Shown piece by piece: positions 48,622 through 58,689 of a stretch of DNA of 64,000 nucleotides. The DNA is from Deinococcales bacterium. Its GTDB lineage: Bacteria; Deinococcota; Deinococci; Deinococcales; JAAFIG01. Where the stretch lies: positions 1 to 64,000 of the forward strand of contig JANNVX010000031.1 in assembly GCA_031414595.1 (NCBI GenBank), in the 5' to 3' direction. The position numbers and the translations under genes were made by a program. A model generated the notes under the pieces. It was not told the DNA's origin, ran no database searches, and saw only the letters and a program-made list of their open reading frames with translations. Position 1 is the stretch's first letter; the number at the start of each line of letters is the position of its first letter.

Positions 48622-49605
48622 ATGATTGAGGTCGAAAATCTTTGTAAGTATTTTGAAATTCGCAATCACCACAAGAGCAGTTTAGGGGTGCTGCAAAACT
48701 TTTTTAAGCGCGACTCGAGAACCCTTAAAGCCGTGGATAACATTTCTTTTGGTATTAAACGCGGCGAGATGATTGGCTATTTGGGTCCAAATGGGGCGGG
48801 TAAAAGTACCACCCTAAAAATGCTGACGGGGTTGCTTGTGCCAACTTCGGGGCGGCTCGAGGTGATGGGTTTTACACCTTGGAAATCTCGGCAAGCCTAT
48901 GTGGCAAAAATTGGGGCGGTTTTTGGGCAACGCAGCAGTTTGTGGTGGGATTTACCTGTCATAGAAAGTCTCGAGTTACTGCAACATATTTATAAAATCC
49001 CAGCCCCGCGCTTCTCGAGTAACTTAAATACGTTTAAGAAACTACTAGATTTAGATGAATTTATTTTCAGCCCAGCCCGTTCTTTAAGCCTAGGGCAACG
49101 AATGCGAGCAGACCTTTGCGCCGCACTGCTGCACGACCCAGAACTGCTTTTTTTAGACGAACCGACGATTGGCTTAGATGTTGTTGCCAAGGAACGCATC
49201 CGTGAATTTATCCGTGCCATGAACGAAGAACGCGGCACAACGATTATTCTCACCACTCACGATTTATCAGACGTACAAAAACTTTGTTCTCGAGCGATGA
49301 TTATAGACCACGGGAAATTACTGTTTGATGGGCAACTGACCAGTTTACAAGATAAATTTGGCGGACAGAGGCGTTTAATCATTGATTTTGAAGAACCCCC
49401 GCCACACCTCGAGATAAACGGCGCAAGCCTTATTCATCAAGATGGCTCGAGGGTAACATTTGAAATCCACAAAGACACCCGAGTACCAGCAATCATTGCC
49501 AGTATTTCTGGGATGTACAGCATTCGGGATTTGAGCCTTCAAGAACCAGAAATCGAAAGCACCATCAGGCGCATTTACGAAGGGAATTTACTCTCCTCGA
49601 GTTGA
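48622..49605 (+). CDS. ABC transporter ATP-binding protein
   Basis: GPNGAGKST, LSLGQRMR, FLDEPTIGLD. Confidence 0.95.
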   Translation: MIEVENLCKYFEIRNHHKSSLGVLQNFFKRDSRTLKAVDNISFGIKRGEMIGYLGPNGAGKSTTLKMLTGLLVPTSGRLEVMGFTPWKSRQAYVAKIGAVFGQRSSLWWDLPVIESLELLQHIYKIPAPRFSSNLNTFKKLLDLDEFIFSPARSLSLGQRMRADLCAALLHDPELLFLDEPTIGLDVVAKERIREFIRAMNEERGTTIILTTHDLSDVQKLCSRAMIIDHGKLLFDGQLTSLQDKFGGQRRLIIDFEEPPPHLEINGASLIHQDGSRVTFEIHKDTRVPAIIASISGMYSIRDLSLQEPEIESTIRRIYEGNLLSSS

Positions 49606-49850
49606 CAGGCTACGAATCCAATAACCGTTTTAGGTCTTTGCAAACTCGACTTATAAAGAAAATCTACTATCTTTTGCTGTGTGAGTTACAATCAAGCCGT
49701 GCGTCAAACCTCGCCGCAAACCCAACCAGACTTGGTGGCAAACAGTGGGTTAAGCACGCCACTTTTTTAGGACGCGATGCGGGTTTAATCGGTGTTGCGC
49801 TTTTGACTGCCGAACGCCTCGAGCAAGAACTGCTTTTACGGGTTTAAGGA

Positions 49851-52178
49851 TTACTTATTCACTGGTTGGACAGCTTCCACCCCGCGAATCTCGAGAAAAG
49901 CGGCTTTGGCAGTTTCAAATTCCCCAGCGTGACGCAGTTCTATCCGTAAGCCAATTCGCGCTTCGCCGTTTGATACATTGGCTTCGACTTTCAGCGCACT
50001 TTTTTGTAGTTGCTCGAGTACATCAAGCACATCTTTTAAGAGTCCTACACGGTCTTTAGCCAGCACATCGAAGTCTATATACTGACTCGAAACACTGGCT
50101 ACATCCCAACCTGCACCAATTACGCGGTTGTTCTCCTCGAGCCGCAGGCGTTTAGAGTTGCTGCAACTGATTTTATGAATCGTGACACCGCGCCCGCGAG
50201 TGATATACCCCAAAATCGTGTCGCCCTGAGCCGGTTTACAACACTGGGCAAATTTAACTGGGGCTTGTAATCCACCCTCAAGGTAAATCCCACTGGTGCT
50301 GGGTGGTGGTTTTTCGTGTGGTTGTGGCAGGGCTTGGGCTGGTTCGAGGTCTGGCACAAGCGCCCGTGCTACTTGCTGTGCGGTGTAGCGCCCCGAATGC
50401 AGCGCCATGTAGAGGTCGTCGGGGTTGCGTGAACCCATCAGTTTCTCGGTAATGTCCTCGAGATTTTTGATTCGCATTAACTTACGGGCTGGCAAACCAC
50501 GTTTTTTGAGGTAGCGGTCTAGGGTCTCGTAGCCGTGGGTCAGGGCTTCGCCACGTTCTTGGACACGAAAAAAAGCCCGAATTTTACTTTTGGCACTGCG
50601 CGTAGCCGCAAAATCCATCCAGTCGCGGCTAGGACCCGGCGAACCGCGATTAACAATAATTTCGACCCGTTCGCCGTTATCGAGTTTATACGATAACGGC
50701 ACAATACTTCCGTTGACTTTAGCGCCAACCGCATGATGCCCGATGTTGGTGTGAATGTGATACGCCATGTCTATTGGGGTTGCTCCAAGCGGTAAGGAAA
50801 TACTTTTGCCTTTGGGGGTAAAGACAAAAATACGGGTAGATAATAAATCTTGTTGCACCGCGTCCACAAAGTCGCCCGCGTCAGAAATTTCGCTGGATAA
50901 TTTTTCTAAGTTCTCGAGCCAGTTCATTCCTTGGCGCAGTTCATCTAAGCCTGCGCTACGGCTTTCAAAGCCTGTGCCATCATCCACCCCAGATTTGTAG
51001 AGCCAGTGAGCGGCTACGCCGTACTCGGCAATGCTGTGCATTCGGGTGGTGCGAATTTGTACTTCGATGGGTTGACCTTCTAAAGAAATCACGGTGCTGT
51101 GCAGGCTCTGATAGCCGTTGGGTTTTGGGACAGCAATATAATCCTTAAAGCGCCCCGGAATCGGGGTGTACAAACTATGCACCACGCCTAGGGTGTGATA
51201 ACAAACGCGTTTTTCGCGTTGTAGCGCTAAGGTTTCGGAGCTTGCCCCTTCGCCACTGCTAAACTCCGCATCAGACACGGGTCGAGGCTCGAGAATCACA
51301 CGGATGGCGAGCAAATCAAAAATCTGTTCTAAGTGCTTGGTATCGCGCTGCATTTTTCCCCAAATGCTGTACAAGTGCTTGCTGCGTCCAGTAATTTCAA
51401 AACGCACCAACCAACGGTTGAGTTCGCGGTCGGTCTCGAGAACTTCGCGCAAATCAGTGATGGCGTGCTGTACCACCGAATCGCGTTCGGCTTGGGCTTG
51501 ACGAATTTCTATGGCAAGTTCGGCGTAGGCTTGTGGGTGCAAATACAAAAAACTTAAGTCCTCGAGTTCCCATTTTAAGCTGCCAATCCCTAAACGGTGG
51601 GCTAACGGGGCATAAATCTCGAGGGTTTCGGTGGCAATTCGCACCTGTTTTTCGGGCTTCATGCTCGATAAGGTACGCATATTATGCAGGCGGTCTGCCA
51701 GTTTGACAATAATAATCCGAATGTCCTTGGTCATCTGCACCAATAACTGCCGCAAGTTTTCGGCTTGTTCGTCCTCAATGCCGTCCTTGGCTTGTTTACT
51801 GAGTTTAGAGACTTTGGTTTCGCCTTCGACAATCCGCCGAACAGTAACCCCAAATTCGTGTTCGACATCGGACAGCGACACTGGCGTGTCCTCGACTGTA
51901 TCATGCAGTAAACCCGCTTGAATCGCACTGGCATCCATCCTTAAATCCGCCAGAATAATTGCCACAGCCACAGGATGGGTGATATACGGCTCACCGCTTT
52001 TACGCAGTTGCCCGTCATGGGCAGCCGCCGCAAAACGAAAAGCCTTTTCAATGCGGTCTCTCGAGCCAGCCGTCAAGTACCCGAGGCGTTCCTTCAAGGC
52101 TGGGAAACCATGCTCGGTCAGCAGTGTTTCACCACCAAATTTTAGCCATGTTGGTTCTGGAGTCTCGAGTGTCGTCAT
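49851..52178 (-). CDS. relA: Bifunctional (p)ppGpp synthetase/hydrolase Rel
   Basis: HDGQLRKSGEPYITHP, HDTVED, GRSKH, KPNGYQSLH, EVQIRT; TGS and ACT domains. Confidence 0.97.
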   Translation of the reverse strand: MTTLETPEPTWLKFGGETLLTEHGFPALKERLGYLTAGSRDRIEKAFRFAAAAHDGQLRKSGEPYITHPVAVAIILADLRMDASAIQAGLLHDTVEDTPVSLSDVEHEFGVTVRRIVEGETKVSKLSKQAKDGIEDEQAENLRQLLVQMTKDIRIIIVKLADRLHNMRTLSSMKPEKQVRIATETLEIYAPLAHRLGIGSLKWELEDLSFLYLHPQAYAELAIEIRQAQAERDSVVQHAITDLREVLETDRELNRWLVRFEITGRSKHLYSIWGKMQRDTKHLEQIFDLLAIRVILEPRPVSDAEFSSGEGASSETLALQREKRVCYHTLGVVHSLYTPIPGRFKDYIAVPKPNGYQSLHSTVISLEGQPIEVQIRTTRMHSIAEYGVAAHWLYKSGVDDGTGFESRSAGLDELRQGMNWLENLEKLSSEISDAGDFVDAVQQDLLSTRIFVFTPKGKSISLPLGATPIDMAYHIHTNIGHHAVGAKVNGSIVPLSYKLDNGERVEIIVNRGSPGPSRDWMDFAATRSAKSKIRAFFRVQERGEALTHGYETLDRYLKKRGLPARKLMRIKNLEDITEKLMGSRNPDDLYMALHSGRYTAQQVARALVPDLEPAQALPQPHEKPPPSTSGIYLEGGLQAPVKFAQCCKPAQGDTILGYITRGRGVTIHKISCSNSKRLRLEENNRVIGAGWDVASVSSQYIDFDVLAKDRVGLLKDVLDVLEQLQKSALKVEANVSNGEARIGLRIELRHAGEFETAKAAFLEIRGVEAVQPVNK

Positions 52179-52227
52179 GGGAAAGTAGTGTAACGCGAGC
52201 GGCGTACATTTGGCTATCGCTTGCTAT

Positions 52228-52418
52228 GGATTTGTCCGCAAATAACTTCCCTATTTGGAAATGATGAAACATTGTTTCCTAGCAGGACAGACACAGGGGT
52301 CTGTCCCTACAAAATCCATAAAAATACGTCAGGTAGGGGCGGACCCCCGTGTCCGCCCTGTGACCAATTGTATGTTTTTGGTCTATTTGAAATCAGGAAG
52401 TTATTCTTGGACAGTTCC
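52228..52418. mobile_element. MITE-like element (191 bp), inverted copy of 27146-27336
   Basis: Same TIRs and the same two GTAG REPs. Confidence 0.9.
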
Positions 52419-52837
52419 TTAGTGAGCAAATTTATGCAGGAGCAAATCAAGAATTTCTATCAGCGTTTGAGCATTATCGTCACAAAAGAAATAAAGATGC
52501 TTTAGTAAATGCACTCAAATCACTTGAAAGCGTACTAAAAGCAATATGCACAAAAAGAAAGTGGACTTATTCGCCAAATGACCCAGCCAAGAAATTACTT
52601 GAAGTGGCTTTTGCAAACAATTTAGTTCCAGACTTCATGCAAAGTCACTTTAGCTCTTTGCGTTCTATGCTTGAATCCGGAGTTCCAACAGTGCGGAATA
52701 AGTTGGGAGGACATGGACAAGGAACACAGGTTATCGAAGTCCCCGAGTATTTTGTTTCTTTTGCAATTAATTCAACTGCAAGCACAATTCTACTTTTGGT
52801 GAATGCGGAAAAAGCGTTGAAACAATGTCTGCCATAA
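52418..52837 (+). pseudogene. C-terminal remnant of an Abi/HEPN protein (STM4504/CBY_0614-like)
   Basis: The frame LSEQIYAGANQEFLSAFEHYRH...KSLESVLKAIC...RNKLGGHGQG starts at the MITE end with no start codon; AT-rich. Confidence 0.75.
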
Positions 52838-52943
52838 ATTATTTTTCTTGCATTGTTCGAGCCATACACATTTTTTAATTTTCTCGAGACCAACTAATCC
52901 AGCACGGCTCGAGCTAAATGCTTAATGCCTTCTTCAATTTGTT

Positions 52944-54875
52944 CTAAACTTGGGGTGAAAGTAAGGTTTCACACCACCCAACCACTCGAGCAAAAGTGAC
53001 CGCTTGGCAGACCCCAAAAAGCCTGTGTTTACCTAGTTTGGCTCGAGTGGTTTTTGGACTGGTCATAGCGCATAAAAATCGGGCAAGCTGGCGCGGTTCG
53101 CTCAGGGCATCGGGATACATTTCTATCAAGGCGTTGATCACTCGAGGCTCGAGAATTTGCTCCAAGTTGGGTTCGAGTTGGGCAGGTGGCAGTTTCACGA
53201 TTTGACCGAGGCAGACACTACATTTTCCACAAGTCTGGCTGTCAATATCGCCAAAGTAATTGGCAAGCGCATCGGGGTAACATTGGTTGTTCTCTAAGAA
53301 TTGCGGGATGTTGTTGAGGCGTTCTAAATCGGCTTTTTCACGCAATGCAAAACGCTGCTCGAGAAGTTTAGCAAGTTCGTCTGGATTGATAATCTCATTT
53401 GGGCGGATGTATTGATTCATGACGTTACTGACTTTTAATTCCACCAGCTTTTGTTCGGATAGATAATTGAGTGCTGTCACGATTCGTTCGCGTGGCTGTT
53501 CGATTTGCTCAGACACAACTCGAGGCTCGAGGGTTAGCCAGTCACGTCCCATTTTACCGTGACGAAGCACATTTTCTAAGAATTCTCGTCGTTCACCTGT
53601 GAAGCGTTCTAAAATAGTTTGGCGTGACTCGATGTACTTTAAGGCGTAAGTATCGTATTGCGGTGTGCCTTGGTGCAGCACATTCTCGAGTTCAAGATAA
53701 GTAATCGCGGTTCGCAGCACCAGAGGGCGCAAATCGGTCTCGAAAGATAAATTATAGAGACTTACCAGCATTTCCTCTGGCTGTACCGCAAAAAAGCGCA
53801 CAAGACGCGACAAGGCATCTCGGGACGGCGTATCGCCATAAATAAACTGCTCGAGAATCGCAGAATCTTCCAAACTGCCAAAAATCATCGCCATAGCTGG
53901 CAAACCATCACGCCCAGCCCGACCGACTTCTTGAGCGTAACCCTCGAGACTCTTGGGTAACTGATAATGGTAAACACCACGCACATTGGCTTTATCTATG
54001 CCCATGCCAAAGGCGATGGTTGCCACGACAATTGCGTTGGGCGTGGTCATCCACCAGTCTTGGACTTCGGGTTTTACTTCCTCAGACAAGCCAGCATGGT
54101 ACGCTCGAGCTTGAATCCCAGAAGCCGCTAAAAAATCCGCCACCCGTTCAGCATCGCGTTGCAAGGTCGCATAAACAATACTCGTGCCAGTATTTTTTTG
54201 AAGCACTTCAAGCAATACCGCATCTCGAGATTTTAGTGCCGTGGGCTTAGCAAGAAGTTGCAGATTCTCGCGACGAAAACCAGAAATCACTGCCGCAGAT
54301 TGCGGAATTTCAAAGGCTTGACAAATATCTTGCACCACACTTGGCGTGGCGGTAGCGGTCAGTGCCAAAATGCGTTCTGCCCCAATATCTGCCGCCACTC
54401 GAGCCAGTTTGAGATAATCTGGGCGGAAATTATGCCCCCACTGTGAAACACAATGGGCTTCGTCGAGAGCAAACAAAGCAATTTTGGCAGATTTTATCAG
54501 GGCATAGAATTGTTCGTTGTTAAAACGTTCCGGCGAAACATAAACAATTAAAGATTCACCGTTGCGAACAGCAGCATTGACCCTAAATAACTCTTCACGC
54601 TCTAAACTCGAGTCGAGCCGTGCGGCTGGAATCCCCAAGGCTTGCAGGGTTTGCACTTGTTCTCGCATCAGGGCAATTAGCGGCGAGACCACCAAAGTAA
54701 TACCCTCGAGCAGCACCGAAGGCAACTGATAACACAAGGATTTTCCGCCTCCCGTTGGAAAGACCGCCAACGCCCGTTTGGACTCGAGCAGATGGGTTAA
54801 AACTGCTTCTTGCCCAGCCCGAAAGCGTGTATGCCCAAAACGAGCCAGTGCGGTCTCGAGATTAAATTGGGTCAT
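52944..54875 (-). CDS. recQ: RecQ-family helicase
   Basis: PTGGGKSLCYQL, DEAH, WGHNFRPDY, TATA, AFGMGIDK, QEVGRAGRDG. Confidence 0.93.
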   Translation of the reverse strand: MTQFNLETALARFGHTRFRAGQEAVLTHLLESKRALAVFPTGGGKSLCYQLPSVLLEGITLVVSPLIALMREQVQTLQALGIPAARLDSSLEREELFRVNAAVRNGESLIVYVSPERFNNEQFYALIKSAKIALFALDEAHCVSQWGHNFRPDYLKLARVAADIGAERILALTATATPSVVQDICQAFEIPQSAAVISGFRRENLQLLAKPTALKSRDAVLLEVLQKNTGTSIVYATLQRDAERVADFLAASGIQARAYHAGLSEEVKPEVQDWWMTTPNAIVVATIAFGMGIDKANVRGVYHYQLPKSLEGYAQEVGRAGRDGLPAMAMIFGSLEDSAILEQFIYGDTPSRDALSRLVRFFAVQPEEMLVSLYNLSFETDLRPLVLRTAITYLELENVLHQGTPQYDTYALKYIESRQTILERFTGERREFLENVLRHGKMGRDWLTLEPRVVSEQIEQPRERIVTALNYLSEQKLVELKVSNVMNQYIRPNEIINPDELAKLLEQRFALREKADLERLNNIPQFLENNQCYPDALANYFGDIDSQTCGKCSVCLGQIVKLPPAQLEPNLEQILEPRVINALIEMYPDALSEPRQLARFLCAMTSPKTTRAKLGKHRLFGVCQAVTFARVVGWCETLLSPQV

Positions 54876-55932
54876 GAATTCGCCCTTTGCGCCCATTTAA
54901 TAACCCGCCCTTAAAGCCGCGCCGCACGGCAATCAGTTCCGCCATTATCGCTAAAGCAACCTCATCTGGGCTTTCTGCACCGATGTCCACCCCGACAGGA
55001 TTACGAACCTGATGACTGGTACTCCTCGAGTTCATTTTCAAAAACCGTTCTTTTGGACCTAGCACCCCGATATACGGCACATCTTGACCTAGAATCCACG
55101 CTAGACTAGCTGTGTCACGTTCCAAATGATGATTCATCAACATTGCAAAAGTGCGCTTGCCAACTCTTAGCTTGGAATCAAATTCTTCGGCATGAGCCAA
55201 AACCAAATCGCAATTTGGAAAGCGTTCAGCATTCAAAAACATGGCTCGAGCATCCACAATTCGCACCATCCAGCCCAATGCCACAGCTTGTTTGGCAAGC
55301 GGAATGGCATCATGACCCGCTCCAAAAATGAGGAGTTCTGGGGCTGGACTGCTGGTGTCAAAAAACCAATCTGAGGTATGGCGCAGGGTTTCAATAGACT
55401 TTGTTTCGGCTCGAGGATACAAGGAATTCATTTGCTCGAGTCCAAGGCTGCGAATCGCTTGCATAATTACAGGGTCGGTGATGCCCTCGAGACGCGCATC
55501 TGAATGCACAATCACCCTTTGAAAACCAGCCCCGTCTAAGCCAACCGCCGAGACCGCCAAGTCGCCACGCTCGAGAATCGCAAGCCAAGTCCCCAGCAGT
55601 GCGTTATTCTCGAGCGGTTCGATTAAAATATCCACGCTGCCACCGCAGCCAATCCCTAAGCCCCACATCGCATCTTCGGACAAATCATAAGAAACGACTT
55701 TAGGCACACCCAGAGCAATTTGTTCTCGAGCCACCTCAACCACTTCCGCTTCTAAACACCCACCAGACAGCATACAAACGTAATCGCCATCCTCACGAAT
55801 CAGCATTTTTGCCCCTTCGCGGCGGTAGGCACTGCCACGCACCCGCACCACGGTTGCTAATGCCACCCGCACACCATCGGCTCGAGCTTGGGTTTTGGCT
55901 TCAAGAATGTCTTCAATTTCGCGTTGTTCCAT
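54862..55932 (-). CDS. xdhC: XdhC/CoxI-family maturation factor
   Basis: GSAYRREGAKM, SGGCLE, GIGCGG, FGAGHD, PVGVDIGAESPDEVA. Confidence 0.9.
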   Translation of the reverse strand: MEQREIEDILEAKTQARADGVRVALATVVRVRGSAYRREGAKMLIREDGDYVCMLSGGCLEAEVVEVAREQIALGVPKVVSYDLSEDAMWGLGIGCGGSVDILIEPLENNALLGTWLAILERGDLAVSAVGLDGAGFQRVIVHSDARLEGITDPVIMQAIRSLGLEQMNSLYPRAETKSIETLRHTSDWFFDTSSPAPELLIFGAGHDAIPLAKQAVALGWMVRIVDARAMFLNAERFPNCDLVLAHAEEFDSKLRVGKRTFAMLMNHHLERDTASLAWILGQDVPYIGVLGPKERFLKMNSRSTSHQVRNPVGVDIGAESPDEVALAIMAELIAVRRGFKGGLLNGRKGRIHDPI

Positions 55933-55951
55933 TAAAAAAGAGTACAACGAT

Positions 55952-56328
55952 TCAACTTCCCGAATTTGTCTCGAGCCACACAAGTATTGCTTGCCGAACC
56001 TTTAGGGCTTCTTCGAGTGCTAATTTAGCTTGCTCAGGCGTAGCTTGATGTCATAGCGAACATCAATTGCAAATGCACTGACCAACTCAAGAAATGTCTC
56101 GTTAATCTCGAGTGGCACATATTGGCTCGCAATTGACCACAATTCTACAAGGTCGTGAATCGGAGGCGCACGAGTGCCAGATTCGCCAATACAGACCTTA
56201 AATAACTTCTCGAGTCCTTGCTGCACATGAAAAGCAATGATACTTGGTAATTCTTCGGCATCAAGAAGTTGTGCCACCTTAAAATCCTGCTCTGCCTTTT
56301 TAAGCAAGCGCTGGTAGCGTGGTCGCAT
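55952..56328 (-). pseudogene. HEPN-domain protein with a frameshift near 56048
   Basis: AEQD, FHVQQGLEK, HDL, RY. The expected final helix QATPEQAKLALEEALKVRQAILVWLE is in another frame; the span is 377 nt. Confidence 0.75.
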
Positions 56329-56623
56329 AAATCACTTTGCCTTCTTCAAAAACATTGTCTAAAAAATCACTACCGTCGTCAGCTAAAAGCGCCTCAAGTT
56401 GTTTTTTGGGATAAACAATCACATCCAACGCCACTCGAGATTCCCGAAGTGCGCCGCGACCTTTGGCACTCAGTTCATACCGATTACCCTCGTATGGCAC
56501 AATCACAAATAAGTCTATGTCAGAATCAATTGTAGCCGTCCCACGCGCCCTTGACCCGAACAAAATAATCTGCTCAGGGGCAAGTGCCTTGACTATTTTT
56601 TCAACAATCACCTCGAGCGTCAT
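56300..56623 (-). CDS. Minimal nucleotidyltransferase (MNT antitoxin)
   Basis: ILFGSRARG..DSDIDL, EGKVIY; leaderless (TAGACT). Confidence 0.92.
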   Translation of the reverse strand: MTLEVIVEKIVKALAPEQIILFGSRARGTATIDSDIDLFVIVPYEGNRYELSAKGRGALRESRVALDVIVYPKKQLEALLADDGSDFLDNVFEEGKVIYATTLPALA

Positions 56624-56659
56624 AGCTAAAGTCTACTACAATCTCGAGGTGATGTTTTT

Positions 56660-57499
56660 TTAGAGTTTTGAAATGGCGTACTCGGCAATTTTTTGTGGGA
56701 TGTTCACACCAGTAGTGGTGACACTGTTCTTAAATTCCATGGTGTGATTGACTTCAATCACCAATAAGCCGCGAATCGGGTCTTCGACCAAATCCACTGC
56801 CACCACTGCCCCACCAACCGCCACAGCGCTGCGTTCGGCAAGACTAGCCAGTTCTGGGGTGACTTCGCAGTTCTCGGCTTTGCCACCACGGGCGGTGTTG
56901 GTAATCCAGTGCGAACTGTTGCGGTAAATGGCAGCAATGCACTTGCTCGAAGCCACAAACGCCCGAATGTCACGCATCGGTTTATCAATAATTTGCTGCA
57001 TGTAAAAAATTTGGTGTTGATAGCCACCCAAGACTTCTTTATGCTCGAGAATAGATTCAGCAGCGTCACGGTCATTGATTTTAGACAGTAAGCGTCCCCA
57101 TGAACCGACTGGTGGTTTCATGATTACGGGGTAGCCCATTTCTTCGATGACTTCTAAAGTTTTTTCGGTGTCAAATGCCACTTGGGTGCGTGGCGTAGGA
57201 ATCTTGTGTTTTGCCAGTAACGCATTGGTCACAAGTTTATCGCCGCAATTGGCTATCACAATACTCGGATTGACGACTTCCACTCCCCAAGCCTCGAGAC
57301 TGGCAGCAATTGCATAGCCTCGAGACTGCGAAACACAACGTTCAATCACAACTTTCCATTTTGGGGCATCGCCATGAAAGTCAAAACTCAGGTGTGGGGC
57401 GTAGACTTTATCGTAAGCCACACCAAGTCCATCGAGTGCCGCAAACAACATTTTTTCGTCCTCACGGACACGATCATAAATAAGCGCAAGGTCAGCCAT
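56660..57499 (-). CDS. lysX: Alpha-aminoadipate--LysW ligase
   Basis: [39 protein letters not shown]. Confidence 0.97.
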   Translation of the reverse strand: MADLALIYDRVREDEKMLFAALDGLGVAYDKVYAPHLSFDFHGDAPKWKVVIERCVSQSRGYAIAASLEAWGVEVVNPSIVIANCGDKLVTNALLAKHKIPTPRTQVAFDTEKTLEVIEEMGYPVIMKPPVGSWGRLLSKINDRDAAESILEHKEVLGGYQHQIFYMQQIIDKPMRDIRAFVASSKCIAAIYRNSSHWITNTARGGKAENCEVTPELASLAERSAVAVGGAVVAVDLVEDPIRGLLVIEVNHTMEFKNSVTTTGVNIPQKIAEYAISKL

Positions 57500-57502
57500 A
57501 AA

Positions 57503-57607
57503 TTAGCTTCTAGCTTCTAGCTTTTAGCTTCTAGCCTTTTCGCTCAAAGTGTATTTGGGTGTCGACCCACTTTGAGCTAATGACTAGCGGCTAGTGGCTA
57601 ATAGCTA
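57503..57607. repeat. TAGCTTC heptamer hairpin with an internal stem
   Basis: tagcttc run, GCTCAAAGTG...CACTTTGAGC stem, inverse gctag run. Confidence 0.85.
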
Positions 57608-57781
57608 TTACTCTCCCCAATCCTCGCCCTCTTGTGGGGCGGCTTCAAGGCGAGGTGGCTCGAGACTGACGACTTCAAATTCTGCGCCAGTTTCGTCGTC
57701 TAGGACAATTTCACCCAGTTCGGGGTTGTCGAGTTCGATGATTGCACCAGATTCGGGGTTTTCAAACTTAATTTTTGCCAT
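57608..57781 (-). CDS. lysW: Amino-group carrier protein LysW
   Basis: 57 aa, acidic, C-terminal EDWGE. Confidence 0.95.
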   Translation of the reverse strand: MAKIKFENPESGAIIELDNPELGEIVLDDETGAEFEVVSLEPPRLEAAPQEGEDWGE

Positions 57782-57809
57782 TGTGTACTCCTTAACACTA
57801 CACTGTATT

Positions 57810-58088
57810 CTAATTATCCTCGAGCGCAAAGGAAAACTGGCAGTCTGGACAAGTGACTTGTCCTGTGCCGAGTTCAAGTTCCCCAAGCGCCAAGAAACTA
57901 CCGCATTTTGGGCATTCGGTGCTATAGCCTAGCGGCTCAAACTCGGGTGGCTCGAGACTGGTAACTTCAAGTTCTGCACCGCAGGAATTACAACCCAAGA
58001 TGTCACCGACTTGAAACTCTTTCCAGTCGGTGGCAGAAATCTCGAGTTCTTCAAAACAATCCGGGCAAGTGACGATTAACATGTTCAT
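57810..58088 (-). CDS. LysW-like zinc-ribbon protein (LysV-like)
   Basis: Four CxxC motifs, LEVTSLEPP, no EDWGE; between lysU and lysW. Confidence 0.7.
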   Translation of the reverse strand: MNMLIVTCPDCFEELEISATDWKEFQVGDILGCNSCGAELEVTSLEPPEFEPLGYSTECPKCGSFLALGELELGTGQVTCPDCQFSFALEDN

Positions 58089-58179
58089 TTAACAACCTTC
58101 ATTCTACAACCTCGAGTAACTGCTGCAAAGATTGCACAACTTGTTCGGCAATAAAAGCATCAAACATCCCGAAATGAAT

Positions 58180-58671
58180 TTACTCACCGGGAAATTTCTG
58201 GTACTTCTTATAAAACTCTAAGATACTGCCTTCTTTAAGCGCTTCACGTAAGAATTCTGGCGGTGGTGGAAGGCGCAATACTTCACCATTAGCCCTTGTG
58301 ATAATTCCCTCATCGCGGTTGTATTCGACTTGTTCACCATCCTCGAGCATGTCTGGGATATTTAAGTCATCAAAAGCTGGAATACCAAGGTTCAGTAAAT
58401 TTCGGTAATGAATTCGAGCAAAACTTTGAGCAATAATTCCACCAATCTCGAGTTTTTTCAGTGCCATCGGCGCGTACTCTCGGCTCGAGCCTAAGCCCCA
58501 GTTCTTACCGCCAACCAGCAAATCACCACGTCTCACCTCAGCCGCAAATTCTGGGCGAAAGTGGGCAAAAGCATATTTATAAAACTCTTTACCCGCCATA
58601 AACGGCGCGTACTTACCGGGTAAAATATCGTCGGTGTTGATAGAATTTCCAAATTTCCAGACTCGAGCCAT
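58180..58671 (-). CDS. lysU: Homoaconitase small subunit (LeuD family)
   Basis: INTDDILPGKY, GLGSSREYAP, SFARIHYRN; lys context. Confidence 0.88.
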   Translation of the reverse strand: MARVWKFGNSINTDDILPGKYAPFMAGKEFYKYAFAHFRPEFAAEVRRGDLLVGGKNWGLGSSREYAPMALKKLEIGGIIAQSFARIHYRNLLNLGIPAFDDLNIPDMLEDGEQVEYNRDEGIITRANGEVLRLPPPPEFLREALKEGSILEFYKKYQKFPGE

Positions 58672-58689
58672 TATAAATTCTCCCTTCGT

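Noticed and set aside
49602-49847. 81-aa ORF whose end faintly resembles a ROK C-terminus (DAGLIGVAL)
   Set aside because: TTG start, weak similarity only and no other motifs; not supportable.
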